Positions 26,707 to 41,050 of a DNA stretch of 64,000 nucleotides are shown piece by piece. Source of the DNA: Chiloscyllium plagiosum (Eukaryota); assembly GCF_004010195.1 (NCBI RefSeq), contig NC_057752.1:888123-952122 (forward strand). The letters run 5' to 3'. The position numbers and the translations under genes are program-made. Each line of letters opens with the position of its first letter. Position 1 is the first letter of the stretch. The notes beneath the pieces were generated by a model, which had not been told where the DNA came from, did not search any database, and saw only the letters and a program-made list of their open reading frames with translations.

Positions 26707-26821
26707 GCTTTGACGTACTGTGGGGCTCGGTATTAGATATAACGTTTCAGCTCTGCTCAACGCATGTTTTATAAAGGATTGACATAAATTCTTTGGTTTT
26801 TGTACTCTGTTCTGCTATTAT

Positions 26822-27308
26822 ATGTTCAGAAAAGATTTACAAGGATGTTGTCAGGGTTGGAGGATTTGAGCTATATGGAGAGGTTGAATAGGCTGGAGCT
26901 GTTTTCCCTGGAGCGTCAGAGGCTGAGGGGTGACCTTATAGAGGTTTATAAAATCATGAGGGGCATGGATAGGGTAAATAGGCAAAGTCTCTTCCCTGGG
27001 CTGGGGGAGTCCAGAACTAGAGGGCATAGATTTAAGGTGAGAGGGGAAAGATATGAGAGAGACCTAAGGGGCAACTTTTTCACACAGAGGGTGGTACTTG
27101 TATGGGATGAGCTGCCAGAGGAAGTGGTGGAGGCTGGTACAATTGCAACATTTAAAAGGCATTTGGATGGGTATATGAATAGGAAGGGTTTGGAGGGATA
27201 TGGGCTAGGTGGTGGCAGGTGGGACTAGATTGGGTTGCGATATCTGGCCGGCATGGATGAATTGAACTGAAGAGTCTGCTAACGTGCTGTACATCTCTAT
27301 GACTCTAT
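26822..27308 (+). mobile_element. CR1 LINE 3' end
   Basis: RFTRMLSGLEDLSYMERLNRLELFSLERQRLRGDLIEVYKIM... and (ctctatga) tail. Confidence 0.9.
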
Positions 27309-27719
27309 ATATGCTTATAGCTAAAGATTCCATTTGTGTTTTTGAAAGGCTTCCTTAACTCCTACTTCTATCTTCAAAGCATATATATTACCCCCGCATC
27401 TCTCTGTATCTGCATCCTTCAGGTTGTAAAAGCAAATCCATTTTGCCTCTCATTCCTCTTAACCAAATGTACTGTTTCACACTCCTCCGTTTAATTCTTT
27501 TGCTATTCACCTGCTCTTTTCACCATTGTCACCACAGTTTACTACATTCCCAGTTTCATATCCTTTATAGATTTTGAAATTTAAAAAAAATTAACTGAAG
27601 CTGGAATTTCCCACTGAATCAGCACCACACTGAGTAGTACATGAGCCTAGTGAGGCAAAATGGAACCTCTTTTTAATGACTTATAACAAGATAATAGAAG
27701 AATCTGTGTCAGGACTTAC

Positions 27720-27873
27720 CAGGTAAGCGACAAAACTCAAGTATGCAACCGAAATGAAGGCTGCAACCAGATAAAGTGCCACATGCCCCAAACTTGAAAC
27801 ATAAACTATAACAAAATACATATTAATGGCACAGATGATAAAAACAGTGATTCCACCAGCAATCTTCCACGCC
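27720..27873 (-). CDS. SLC11A2: DMT1 exon: [51 protein letters not shown]
   Basis: 154 nt, cag/gtaag boundaries, TM11-12. Confidence 0.95.
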
Positions 27874-28235
27874 CTGAGGGGGAAATTAAAAAAAAAACAC
27901 TAATTATACTCAAGATATCATGATTGTGATAGAGTCTCCAGTCAATAGAGTAATTTTAAATAGAAATACACAAATTATAACATGGAAGCAGTTAAACTAG
28001 TCCATGTTGGTATCTTTGAACCCAACAGCAGTATTTGAACCCTGTGCTCCCAGAATGGTACCGAGGGGCTGAATGGCCAATTTACATCTTGTACCCAAGA
28101 CAGAATTCCAGACAGGCAGGAGCGAGTTATGTTGAAATCTATTCTAAAATTTTACATGCAGAGTAACAGGTAAAGTGCAATTATCTTCTTTAATAAGGCA
28201 GCACGGAAAGAAAAATAAGCATTTGGATTACTTAC

Positions 28236-28309
28236 AGACCATTGGCGAAGTCGTGCATGACAGAGCCCATACTTGTAAATGTCAATATTGGGATCAATGC
28301 AAATGGCAA
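28236..28309 (-). CDS. SLC11A2: DMT1 exon: [24 protein letters not shown](L)
   Basis: 74 nt, cag/gtaag boundaries. Confidence 0.96.
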
Positions 28310-29139
28310 CTGCAAAGAGTTGAAAGATCAGTTAGAGCTGGTTCCGAAGGGTCATGCTGCCATGAATAAACCAAAATTCTGCAAACACACAACACATTTT
28401 AAAAATGCTTTGTTGTTTAAGAAAGTAAAACTTAATTCTTGCAAGTAATGTTTTAAATGTAATGCCTCACTGCAGTAGCAAACTAGAAATTAAGCCCCAG
28501 TATTCCCAAATTCATCACAAAAATTAAAAGATTTTAGAATCATACGAAATTCCCCAACTTACCTATATTTGAGACCTATGTTGTCAAAGCATGGGACAAA
28601 TTTCTGTACTTAAGAATAACTACTTGTTACAAATAGGTTCTAACTGCAGATAAACAATTATGAACTGTCAATATACAAGTCTGCTAGCAAAAAAAGTGTA
28701 TATACACACACACAAGCAACAATGTAAATGGAAATAACTTCACGGAGGCCAGTATCCCATCACTAAGGTACTCTTTATTTACATGTGGAGTCCTTGACTC
28801 TGATCCAGCTCCCTCAAAGCCAGTTCTCAGAGTGAACAGGATGGCTGACGCTCTTGCTTTTATCTGTCAGCCAGGGCTCCCTCAATGAACCAGGTTAACA
28901 GCCCCAGTCAGGAAACTCATTCTCTGGGAGGTCTACCTGGCTGACCAATCACTACATAACTGGACCCTCTGTACATGCTGTTTATGCTTTAAAAAGTGCA
29001 ATCTTTAGTTTTTCAACATGTTGTTTGCCATTTCAACCAATAATCAAAAACTCAAAAAACCCAGAGTCTTTTCACAAAAGGTATTAAAAAGAGTAAAACT
29101 TTTTCATACTCTTTATAAATCATTGCGATACCACCTGAC

Positions 29140-29500
29140 AGTAGTTTATGAAATAATGAAAGGTATAGATAGGGTTAATGGTAATTGTCTTTTCCCTCTG
29201 ATGGGGGGGGGTTTCAAGACTAGGAGGCATACTTTTATAGTGAGAGGAGAAAGACTTAAAAGAGATGAGGGGCACTTTTTGTTACAGAAGGTGGTTTGCA
29301 TGTGGAATGAACTTCCTGGGGAAGTGGCGGATGTGAGTACAAAGTACAATGCTTAAAAGACGTTTGGATAAGTACATGAGTAAGAAAGGTTTGCAGGATA
29401 TGGGCGAGCAGACGACAGGTGGGACTAGTTTAGTTTGGGATTATGTTTGGCAAGGACTGGCTGGACTGAAGGGTCTGTTTCTATGCTAGGAGACTCTTGA
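29140..29500 (+). mobile_element. CR1 3' fragment
   Basis: VYEIMKGIDRV...WNELPGEV and tail. Confidence 0.8.
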
Positions 29501-32500
29501 GCATGTCATTCTTCCAGGGACCCAATAATCTTTTGGTACAAACATTCCTTTTTGGGAAACCACCATAATTTATAACTTTCAATTTATTTTTCTAATATTT
29601 GTTTAATTTTAATAAGATCCAGCCTTAATCTTTTTCTCATTTGCACTCTGTATATAGAATGTACATCAACCCAGACCTATTCCCATTAATATTGAAACCA
29701 ATGCATTAAAAGGCTCCAAAGTGTGACGTAAAATCTGAATTCCACTTTAATCCTTTTGCAGTCCTACTTATTTTTACCTATTGACATTCCATCTATCTTG
29801 ATTACAAAATAAAGTCCTACTCCATTCTTTTCTTTGTCCATTCTATTTTACCTCATTACAATCCTTTGTCGAGGTAATGAGTTGACAGCTAGTCTTTCTT
29901 CTATTGCAATGTCACCTGCTTTTCAACTTTTTCAGAATGAGATTCAAATTAACTGAGCTGGATTTTGGTGGAGTCGGACCAAAACTGGAGGCCTTTTAAA
30001 ATGGTGGTTGGGAGCCTGATTGGAGTTCAGGGGGTTGGGCCACAGATTCACCGGGGCCTTTTAAAACCTAGAATATTGATTGCCGACATCTGGTTATATC
30101 AATAGGATTTTTCTGGATCCAGAGGGGTTGACATAAACAGAACTGTACAAATGTACTTTCAAATTCCACTGAATCATCTCATAAGAAATCATCAACATCT
30201 ATCACAAATAAGTTTCCCTTTTTGATATCAACGAAATGTTGTGAATACTGCCCTTAATTGAAATCAGCTCCCTCTCAGCAAGACAGATCTGACTGAAAAT
30301 TATTATACCTTTGAACCAGCCCATACACTCTGCTGTTTTAGTTCCCATAGTTACCCCTCTGCACCCCTCACCTCTTTAGGCATTTTCAGAAACACTTCTC
30401 TGAATGCTTTTACCCTTCAGAATCACAGATTTAATGCCAATTTATCCACACTCCAATGAATATATGGCCAAAAGTTTTAAAGGGACTTTCAGGATTACTT
30501 GCCCTGCTGTGGAAGAGACCACTCCATCAGTTGCATTGCCCAGTCACTGTCTACAGCCCAGAACAACTAGGCTTGCTTTAGCCTTCAGAGGCTAGAAGGA
30601 CTGCTCCTGTACAATTCCATCTATGTAACAAGACAGGCTGGTACTTCAGAATAACTATCCAATGCCAGTATCCAACTTCTTTGGTTTTTGCCTCTCTCAT
30701 TAGTTTGCCTAATAGTTAGCTGGTAATCACAAAACTTCACAGTCATGACAGTTTTGGTTTCTTGTCCCGTCTCATGATTGTTGTGTACCCCTCCTCTTAT
30801 TATGCAAAATGCAGCCTCTATGTACACCTTAAATGTTTTTCGGGACAACTACAATAAGGTGTCCTTCAGTCGCGGGATTATTATCTGGTATGTTGGTATT
30901 TTCAAATTGAAGAGTCACTCTCAGACTCTCAGTTAGAACTGGCACTGCACTTACTTTCCACTCTTTTACCTCACACTCACTCCTTGACCATTATCTTGAA
31001 CATTTCACAAATGTTTAAACTTGTCAGTAGTTTTTCTTGCACTTCCCTCTATGGTCACATCCCTCTATAATTCACTGGACCCTTGTGAAATATACATCCC
31101 CCAAGGTCCCACTTTAGGTATTGGTCTTTGGATGGGATAGCTCTGTCCGCAGAGTCAGGATTATTCAGCCTACCATCATCCACTCTGGTCTATTGTATTT
31201 GGTTCCTCAGGATCATCTCAAAATGTATGAATTAGAGAGATACAGGCACTTCCTCACCTTCTATCAGCTGCTCAGTTTCAGGGTGTTTGATATCAATTCC
31301 AATTAACTGAGGAACAAACTTTAATTGTTTGATTACTATGTGGGACAGACACTGTCTTACCATCACCCACTATTATGTTACCAGGTCCTTCCCATTCCTT
31401 ACAGTCTACTCTTTTGTAATACGCCATATCCTCAATGAAAGATTATTGTGGGACAGTCTTAAGATGCCCAAGATTTTTCTGAATTTCCTCTTGAGATTAC
31501 AGTCTTCATGAATGCTCCACTCCCTGCTTATAAAACATTCAAATATGCAGAAAAAGAAATGAATTGCAGTCCCCTCGAGAACAGGGGAACCATCACTTAA
31601 TACAGAAGGTAATTTAGAACTCTTCCCTTGGACCAAATGATAGAGACTATGTCTTGCAACAATCTGAAACAAATTATTTGGCATGTCAGTGGAGTTATCA
31701 GGTTGCAGTTTGGTTGATCTGCAAAGACGTCACACGCCATTTCATCCATGATTCCTTTTTGCTAAAAGGATGTTGAGCTGTGGTATTCGTGACCACAATA
31801 TTCAGGTTTTCACTCGTTTCCAAACGCATCATTAGAAAATACTCCTCAATGATTGGTCAGAAACTTAGCCAGTACCTCAAATCTGGTCTCTCTTGATTTC
31901 ACCATAACTTATCTACAATCACTTTTTTTTTTACCAAGTATTATGGTAGAAAGACTAAATCCGGTTGCCACAGATCTTAAGGTATGGGACAAAGGAAGAA
32001 ATATTTTCATTCCACACTTTATATTGGAGAACACGGTCTTATTGTAAGCCTGCTATTCGAACGTGACCTTCAATCAATGGCAATTACCTCATTAAAGGTA
32101 TAAGACATAAATATTTCCATGCCACACTTTGAGGTGTTTGCAAGGTCTGTAAAGTCCCCTGGCAGTGGAAAACCTACCATAAGACGTGGCAGTGTCCTTC
32201 AACACACTTTGCATACTAAACAGAGTCAGCCTTAAAAATGTTTAATGACACAATCTCCACTGCTCGCTCGGGTAGAGCATTCCACAGATTAACTCAAAAT
32301 CTTTCGCTATTTCTTCAGTTTAAAATGAGATCCCTTATTTTCCAACAGTGTCTCCTGGTTGTAGTCCAAGCCTTTCTCACAAAGGGAAAGGACCTTTAAA
32401 ACTCCACCCTGTCAATTCCCCTCAAGATGTTACATAGTTTCCCACTCTTTTGCTCATGTCTTCCCCTCCAATTCTTCACATTCAAGCCCATAAGCTTCCA

Positions 32501-32539
32501 TGTTGAAGTATCATCCTAGTTTCCCCTACTCCAGCATGA

Positions 32540-33250
32540 TTCTTCCATCAAACACATCTTTCTTGTTTCCCATTTAAGCATTCTGAAGGGATTGTTGCCT
32601 CCATGACATTCTGGCCCACTCTTCCATGACTCCGAAGACTACCTCCCTTGCTTCCTGCCTTCTGTTTATAAACTTCTATCTTGTTCACAATGTGGTCTGC
32701 TCTATACCTGGAAGACCAAACAAACTGGGTGAATGCTTTGAGAAACACTTCCATTCAACCAGGTGTGACTCTGAACGTGTTTCAATTCCCCACCTTGCTC
32801 TCATGCTGACCTCTCTGCCTTTAGCTTCCTGTAGCGTTTCGATGCACTTTAATGCAAGCTCGAAGAACAGCATTGTATGTTTCACTTTACAGACATTCAG
32901 AATTGACACAGATTTCAGCAATTCCAGACAGCAACCTTCTCTTACCTCTACTCTTGGGTGGCAGCTGCCATTCACCCTTCCTCTCAAGACATACCCCTTA
33001 ATTCTTTGCTCGCCCCATCACCACTCCTTTTAGCCTTGTACCATGAACTCGCCTATCATTTAATCTCTCCTGTCTTCCCCCGACAGAATCTTCCTTTTGT
33101 CTATTTCTACCCTCCCTCACCTTCATTTGCTTAAAACTGATAATATCTCTAACTTTTCCCAGTTCTGATGAAAGGTCTTCAATCTGAAACATTACCAGTT
33201 TTGTCCTTCACAGATGCTGCCTGACCTCCTGAGTTATTCCAGCATTTCAC
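32540..33250 (+). mobile_element. Decayed Penelope-like remnant
   Basis: GIY-YIG-like degenerate sequence and terminal ctgatgaaaggtc...ctgaaacatt. Confidence 0.6.
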
Positions 33251-33744
33251 ACTTGTTCAATTAATTATTTTATTATATATTTGTGGTATATTTGGCAAGG
33301 ACCTCAAGAAAATACTTTGCTGACAACAGTTGAAAACTGACAGAAAACAAACACGTGGGACCAAGAGAGGATCCGGTTTTGCTCATCATCTGTTCAAGGC
33401 CAGGGTTGTGTGTTCCAGATGTCGAGTTCACGAAGGATTGTATTCTGGCACCAAAACAGGAGTTAAAATGGCTGTATTTATATCTCATGATTTTCTTGAT
33501 GGTTACTCTGATTTTCAGGGAGTTACTTTTAATGAACAGGAACTCAGTTTTCATTCATACCAACTGCTTTAATTACTTTCTGTATTTGTATTAATATATG
33601 GGTGTTTTGGACTTACACAGAAACAGAGGAAGAGGGTGGCAGAAGGAGATTGGCTGAGTGGATGCCGGCCAATTCTCTCCATTCTACTTATGGGCAGGGA
33701 GCACAGCCTTTTTCTCAGATTGGTCACCCTCGTGATTGAATGTT

Positions 33745-35113
33745 CCAACCTGAGAACTCTGTGGGAAGCTAGAGAAGTGATTGCTGGGCCTCTTGCTGAG
33801 ATATTTGTATCATCGATAGTCACAGGTGAGGTGCCGGAAGACTGGAGATTGGCAAACGTGGTGCTCTGATTAGGAAGGGCGCTAAAGACAAGCCAGGGAA
33901 CTATAGACCGTTGAGTCTGACCTCGGTGGTGGGCAAGTTGTTGGAGGGAATCCTGAGCGACAGGATGTACATGTATTTGGAAAGGCAAGGACTGATTCGG
34001 GATAGTCAACATGGCTTTGTGCGTGGGAAATCATGTCTCACAAACTTGATTGAGTTTTTTGAAGAAGTAACAAAGAAGATTGATGAGGGCAGAGCAGTAG
34101 ATGTGATCTATATGGACTTCAGTAAGGCGTTCGACAAGGTTCCCCATGGGAGACTGATTAGCAAGGTTAGATCTCACAGAATACAGGGAGAACTAGCCAT
34201 TTGGATACAGAACTGGCTCAAAGGTAGAAGACAGAGGGTGGTGGTGGAGGCCTGTGATCAGTGGAGTGCCTCAAGGATTGGTGATGCATCCTCGACTTTT
34301 TGCCAGTTACATAAATGATTTGGATGCGAGCATAAGAGGTACAGTTAGTAAGTTTGCAGATGACACCAACACTGGAGGTGTAGTGGACAGCGAAGAAGGA
34401 TACCTCAGATTACAACAGGATCTTGACCAGATAGGCCAATGGGCTGAGAAGTGGCAGATGGAGTNNNNNNNNNNNNNNNNNNNNNNNNNNNNNNNNNNNN
34501 NNNNNNNNNNNNNNNNNNNNNNNNNNNNNNNNNNNNNNNNNNNNNNNNNNNNNNNNNNNNNNNNNNNNNNNNNNNNNNNNNNNNNNNNNNNNNNNNNNNN
34601 NNNNNNNNNNNNNNNNNNNNNNNNNNNNNNNNNNNNNNNNNNNNNNNNNNNNNNNNNNNNNNNNNNNNNNNNNNNNNNNNNNNNNNNNNNNNNNNNNNNN
34701 NNNNNNNNNNNNNNNNNNNNNNNNNNNNNNNNNNNNNNNNNNNNNNNNNNNNNNNNNNNNNNNNNNNNNNNNNNNNNNNNNNNNNNNNNNNNNNNNNNNN
34801 NNNNNNNNNNNNNNNNNNNNNNNNNNNNNNNNNNNNNNNNNNNNNNNNNNNNNNNAAAGATATAAAAGAGACCCAAGGGGCAACGTTTTCACGCAGAGGG
34901 TGGTACATGTATGGAATGAGCTGCCAGAGGATGTGGTGGAGGCTGGTACAATTGCAACATTTAAGAGGCATTTGGATGGGTATATGAATAGGAAGGTTTG
35001 GAGGGGTATGGGCCAGGTGCTGGCAGGTGGGACTAGATTGGGTTGGGATATCTAGTCGGCATGGATGGGTTGGACCGAAGGGTCTGTTTCTATGCTGCAC
35101 ATCTCTATGACTC
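33745..35113 (+). mobile_element. Relatively young CR1 LINE RT fragment spanning a gap
   Basis: SLTSVVGKLLE, QHGFVRGKSCLTNL, YMDFSKAFDKVPH, KFADDT. Confidence 0.92.
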
Positions 35114-36425
35114 ACTCATTGCCCCAACTATTGGAGTATTGGACTGAAGAGAGTGAATTAGCAGAGAATGATAGCTGATAAAAATGATCCAAAATATCCT
35201 TTTTTTAAAAAAATAAAGAACCTGTACTGTATTATCAATCTTAAACTAAAGGAAAAAAAATCAAAAATGTCAAACCCAACTCCTCAAATAATCCATCATG
35301 TGGATTATTAGAAACAGAGAAAGGCAAGTAAACCCACAGTTCTGTCCTTTTGCGACTTAATCCCACCTTCTCAATGTACTGTACAGAGGTTTATCAGACT
35401 GTTGCTTGATTTAATTTATACTTTGTATTTATATTCGAAGAGTGTGGTGCTGGAAAAGCACAGCTGGCAGGCAGCATCCGAGGAGGAGAAGAATCGACAC
35501 TTCGGGCTTAAACCCTTCATCAGGAATTTATGTCCAGTCAGATAAGAGACAGATACCTCATCTCAATTTGTGCAAGTTAAGCATATGTGGTCACACACCA
35601 GGATTCCACATTAGCAATATAGTCCAAATACTGTTTGTTCCAGAATTGCCTGTAAACTCACTGTAAAAGTTGATTGCTTCAGCACATCAAGACTCCTAGC
35701 TGCATCTGTGCTGCAAGTGTGCGTATCCAACCTCTGAGCTTGGGTGAGTCACAAATTGAAACTCAACATCAGATCAGTCAAACCACTGTCTTCAGACCCC
35801 ACCAAGGTGTTGCTTTCTTGCCACCAATTCCAGCCCCCTCTACAGCCACAGACCATCCACAATTTGGTCTTTGACAGACCTTTTAACTAGAATTGGTTTT
35901 CCTAACACCCAGTTTATGGGCCTCCATCTTCCATTAACTTCAACTTACTCAACACTCAACTTACTCAACACTCTTCAGGCCTATAACAGCCTTACTTGGC
36001 CTTCAACAGTATCCTCACTCTTGAAAGTTGACACCATCCTCCAACACACAACTTCAGGTTTCTGTCCAAATCAACAAATTACTCCTCAACCTCATCTCAC
36101 TCAAACACAGCAATCTACCCCAGTCTTATTGCATCTCCAAAATGCTCGGTTTCCCCCAATGCCTTCTGTGCATCCAATTTTTGTCATCACCTCTGTGTGT
36201 ATGTCCCCTCTCCCTGGCACGGCCCAATAAATAGCAAAACATTCAGCTGCTTTGATGGTGCTTTCCAAGCCACCCCTCGGACCTCCATGCACTGTTTTAA
36301 GCTTGGTCACGTCCACTAATCTCTTCTTGGCATTGGATTTTTCTCGAAGTTTTATATCTGTGCAGTAACTTTGTACATTTCAAAGGCATGTACTAGATTT
36401 TGTTATTGAAGGAGAATCATCTCAC

Positions 36426-36575
36426 CTGCATGCTTTGAAGAACATTCAGGAAGTCATTCATTCCTGTCAGATGTTCCACATCTTGAAACAATGCCACCAA
36501 CAGAGTTGGCGTGATAGCAATGGATCGAGTGAAGAGAACACGAGCAAAGCGGGACCACTTCAAGTTCAGGAAGCC
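36426..36575 (-). CDS. SLC11A2: DMT1 exon: [50 protein letters not shown]
   Basis: 150 nt, aag/gtgag boundaries. Confidence 0.96.
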
Positions 36576-36654
36576 CTTCAGATATAATGTCAAATTAAAT
36601 TATTTCTGAGTACTTCTCTTAAAAGATTGATATTTGTACATATCAAACTACCAC

Positions 36655-36790
36655 ACCACATCAAACACTTGCACATCAGGAACAGCACGGGGTAAGATAC
36701 AGAGTAAAATTCCCTCCACACTGTCCCCATCAAACACATCCAGGACAGGGACAGCACAGGGTTAAATATGGAATAAAGCTCCCTAAACAT
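36655..36790. repeat. About 68-bp tandem unit (catcaaacactcccaggacagggacagcacggggttagatacagagtaaagctccc), 2 copies; also at 59390-59520
   Basis: Same unit found at two intronic sites. Confidence 0.8.
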
Positions 36791-37119
36791 AATTTCAAAA
36801 ATGTACATGGTTGGTTGTGAATCACAAAAGAATACCCAGCTCCAAATTTAATCATTCCATTTAGCATTGACTATTGGGATAATTTTGTATTTTGCTTCTA
36901 CTAAGAGCCAATTTGAGACTTATTGGAATTTATTGCATGGAAATAACATTCTTATCAGTCTGCCTGCAAGTTATCAGTTCAAAGCAGTGGAAACCCAGGT
37001 GAATTAAAAGTGTAGCAGCCACAACACTGGTGAGAGGCTTAGAATTAGAGGTCGAAAGAAACAGTGATTAGGCAGAGTGTCAATCATGACTGGTGTTGTT
37101 CATAGAAAATCTTTCCTCG

Positions 37120-39970
37120 GGCAAGTATTCGCCCTGTTATTGGATCTTAAATACCCCAAAGTGTTTTGCATCAATTAATTACTTTAATAAAGTAAAAGGA
37201 CTGGATATAAAGGTTCTGAATTGGGGAAAGCTGATTTTATTAAGACAAGATAGAATCTGGCCAATGTGGATCCGGAGCAGCTATTTACAGGAAAATCCAC
37301 ATCAAAACAGTGGGAGACATTCAAAAGGGTAACAGTGAGTGGGCAGGGCCAGTACGCTCCCATAAAAGGAGAAGATGGAAACAATAAATCCAGAGAACCC
37401 TGATGTCAAGGGATGTTCAAGATTAAATAAGGAAAGAAGAAAGGAAACTTATGGTAGATACCAAAGGCTGAAAGCAGCGGATGCTTTAGAGGAATATCGA
37501 AAGTGCCAGGGATTGCTTAAAAAGAAATGATGAGAGTGATGAGGGAAAATGCAAAATCACTGCCAGGTAACATCAAGGAAAATCCAAAGGAGTTTTACAA
37601 GTATGCTCGGGGAAAGTGAGGTCTGCAGATGCTGGAGATCACAGCCTCCTATACATTGGGGAGACAGGCCTCCTACTTGCGGAACGTTTCAGAGAACACC
37701 TCTGGGACACCCGCACCAACCAACCCAACCGCCCCGTGGCTGAAACACTTTAACTCCCCCTCCCACTCTGCCAAGGACATGCAGGTCCTTGGCCGCCTCC
37801 ATCGCCAGACCATAGCAACACGACGCCTGGAGGAAGAGCGCCTCATCTTCCGTCTAGGAACCCTCCAACCACAAGGGATGATGCAGATTTCTCCAGCTTT
37901 CTCATTTCCCCTCCCCCCACCTTTTCTCAGTCCCAACCCTCAGACTCAGCACCGCCTTCTTGACCTGCAATCTTCTTCCCGACCTCTCCGCCTCCACCCC
38001 CTCTCCGGCCTATCACCCTCACCTTAATCTCCTTCCACCTATTGTATCCTCAACGCCCCTCCCCCAAGTCCCTCCTCCCTACCTTTTATCTTAGCCTGCT
38101 TGGCACACCTTCCTCATTCCTGAAGAAGTGCTTATGCCCGAAACGTCGATTCTCCTGCTCCTTTGATGCTGCCTGACCTGCTGCGCTTTTCCAGCAACAC
38201 ATTTTAAAGTATGCTAGGGGCAAGACAATGACCAGCAAAACAGCAGGGCCTATCAGGGACCAAAGTGGCAATTTGTGCATGGAGCCAGAATATACAGCTG
38301 AGGTTTTAAATGAATACTTTGCATCTACATTCGCTGTTGGGAAGGATGATGTAGGTACAGAAATGAGAAATGGGGACTATGATATACTTGAACAAATTAA
38401 GAGAGGAGGTATTAGTAGTTTTACCTTCAAAATGGATAAATACCCAGGCCCAGAGGAGATATATCGAAGGCTGCTGTGGGAAGCAAGGAGGGATATTGCA
38501 AGAGCTCAGTCATGAGTTTTCAAGTCCTTTCCAGCCACAGGAGAGGTACCAAGGGACTGGAGGACAGCTAATACAGTACCATTATTCAAAGAGAGTTGTA
38601 GGAATAAACTAGGAAACCACAGGCCAGTGAATACAACATCTGTAATAGGGTAACTTTTGGAAAAAAATTCCAAGCAGCAGAATTAATCTCTACTTAGAGG
38701 GGCAAGTATTAATCAAGGATAGTTGGCGTAGCTTTGTAAGCGGGAGCTCACATGCAATAATTTTGAATTTCTCAAGGTGGTGATTCGGTCTCTTAATGAG
38801 GGTAGTGTAGTTGATGTAGTTTATATGGACGTCATTAAGGCTTTTGACAAGGTCTTGCATTGCAGACTGGTTAAGGTGGTAAGAGCTCATAGGATCCAGG
38901 GCAATTCAGCCAATTGCATCTAAAACTGGCTTACTGGCAGGAACAGAGAGTGATGCTCAAATTGTGTTTTTGCAATTGGAAGCCTGTGTCCAGTGGTGTA
39001 CCACAAGGTTTGGTGCTGTGTCCTTTGCTGTTTATTATGTACATTAATGATCTAGACATGAATAAAGGAGGTATGATCTGTAAGTTTAAAAATAATAAGA
39101 ACATTGGTAATGTGGTACATAGTGAGGAGGAAGGCCTGAGACCACAAGACCATCGACAGATGGGCTAACGAGCAGCAAATGGAATTTAATCCTGAAAAGT
39201 GATGAGATTCATTTTGAAGAACTAAACAAGACAAAGGAGGACACCTTGAGTAATAGGATTCTAGGAATTAGAGGACCAAGGGACCTTGGTGTGTATGCCC
39301 CTATTGAAGGCAGCAGGCCATTTAGGTAAGATAGTTAAGATGTCATACAGGATACTTGCCTTTATTAGTCAAAGCACTGAATGAATGAGCAAGAATGTTA
39401 TGATGGAGCAGTATCAGACATTGGTTGGCCACAGCTGGAGTATTGTATGCATTTCTGGTCATTAAACTATAAAAATTATGTGACTGCACGAGAAAGGGTG
39501 CAGGAAAGTTTCACCATAATGTTGCCTGGGCTGAAGTAACTCAGCTATTGAGATAGACTTGGTCGGCTGAAGTTGTTTTCCTTCAAGCAGAGAAGGAAAA
39601 GGGGACATCTGATTGAGGCGGACAAAGTTCTGAGAGGCATAAGCAGAGTTGATAGTGAGCAACTTTTTCCCCTTAGTAGAAAGATCAATAGCCAGGGGGT
39701 ACCGTTTTAAGTTAAGGAACAAGAGGCTTTGAGAAGATTTGAGGAAAAAGACTTTTTTCACCCAGAGGATTATGGCTATCTGGATCTCACTGCCTGAAAG
39801 GGTGAGAGAGGTGGGGATGCTCATGACATTTAAATAGTAAATAGATGCAACACCTGAAATGCCACAGCATACAAGACTACAACCAAGTACTGGAAAATGG
39901 GACTAGAATAGAATGTTTGAAAACAGGCACAAAGGGCCTGTTTCCCTGCTGTAAAAACTCTACTGACTCT
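37120..39970 (+). mobile_element. Decayed CR1 LINE containing a nested Penelope-derived element
   Basis: PVSSGVPQGLVLCPLLFIMYINDLD and CR1 3' tail. Confidence 0.85.
37613..38206 (+). mobile_element. Penelope-like element 3' remnant (GIY-YIG C-terminus plus terminal repeat with hammerhead core)
   Basis: YIGETG frameshifted to HFNSPSHSAKDMQVLG...RLEEERLIFRLGTLQPQG; core CTGAAGA-A-GTGC-TTAT-GCCC-GAAACGTC at 38120-38147; TSD aagtatgct(c/a)gggg at 37599-37612 and 38207-38220. Confidence 0.85.
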
Positions 39971-40210
39971 GAGTCCAAGGACAGTGGCCATTGTTGTGTT
40001 AGCAACTGTCAGAAACAAACATGACAAAAAACATTTGTCTAGCTTCATCCTAAACAACATCACAATCCTTCACCTCTGCAAACATTCTGTGAGCAGTAGT
40101 AAAAACCCTATATTTCACTGAATATTGCTTGTGACACAAACAGGTTTGTAGGTTAGAAAACTCAAAGCCAACAAAAAGCACACACGGTGAAATTCTTGAA
40201 TTAAGATTAC

Positions 40211-40330
40211 CTCCATGACAAACTGACCGGAGTATGTTCCAGTCATGGTTGAACTCTGACCTGCAGCCAGGATGCCAATGGCCCAGATGTAGAGAGCAGC
40301 AGCACCAAAGTAACAGCCCAACACAACGCC
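40211..40330 (-). CDS. SLC11A2: DMT1 exon: [40 protein letters not shown]
   Basis: 120 nt, cag/gtaat boundaries, NRAMP consensus transport motif [17 protein letters not shown]. Confidence 0.97.
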
Positions 40331-40374
40331 CTGAAAGAAAGACAACAGACAGGTTATATGACAAGAATTAGTGC

Positions 40375-41050
40375 TGAGGCTACCATTATTTATGACTTGG
40401 ATGACAGAAGTGAATGTATCAGCATTAAGGTTGCAGATGGCAGAAAAATAGATGGGAAGCAAGTGGTGAGGATGATACAAAGAGTCTACAGAGGGATATA
40501 GACATGTTAGGTGAGTGGGCAAAGCTGAGCAGATGGACTATAATATGGGAAAAATGTGAGTTTATGCACTTTGGCAGAAAGAACAGAAGAGTTGAATGTT
40601 ATTTAAACTGGGAGATGCAACAGAAAACTTCAGTCCAGAGAGATTTGGCAGTCCTCAGGTATGAATCATAAGCAGCTAGCATCCAGGATCAGCAGGTAAT
40701 AAAGAAGGTAAATATAATATTGGTATTTATTTCAAAGTAAAGAGGTCTTGTAGCTGGAGTACTGAACAGTTTTGTCCATTTATCTACAGTGGCATTGTAG
40801 GCAGTCCAGATAAGATCCACGAGGGAATATTCGTACGAGATGATGTTGGGCCTGTACTCAGTTTAGAAGAATTAGGAGAGACCTTACTGAAACAGAGCTA
40901 CTTAGGGGGACTTGACAAGGTAGATGCAGAAAGATTGTTTCACCTTGTGTGAGAATCTAGGACTGGAGGGCATAATCTCAGAACAAGGGGCTTCCCAGTT
41001 AGAACAAAGATAAGAGGAATTTTCCCAGAGAGGAGTGGATCTGTAGAATT
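40375..41050 (+). mobile_element. Decayed CR1 3' fragment
   Basis: aggttgcagatg (FADD-like) and typical CR1 3' sequence. Confidence 0.65.

Noticed and set aside
28723..28956. Short TG...CA segment as a solo LTR
   Set aside because: No TSD and no second copy in the window
34254..35115. Long ORFs up to 236 aa (also 25770-26363)
   Set aside because: They read through N gaps; the flanks are CR1 sequence
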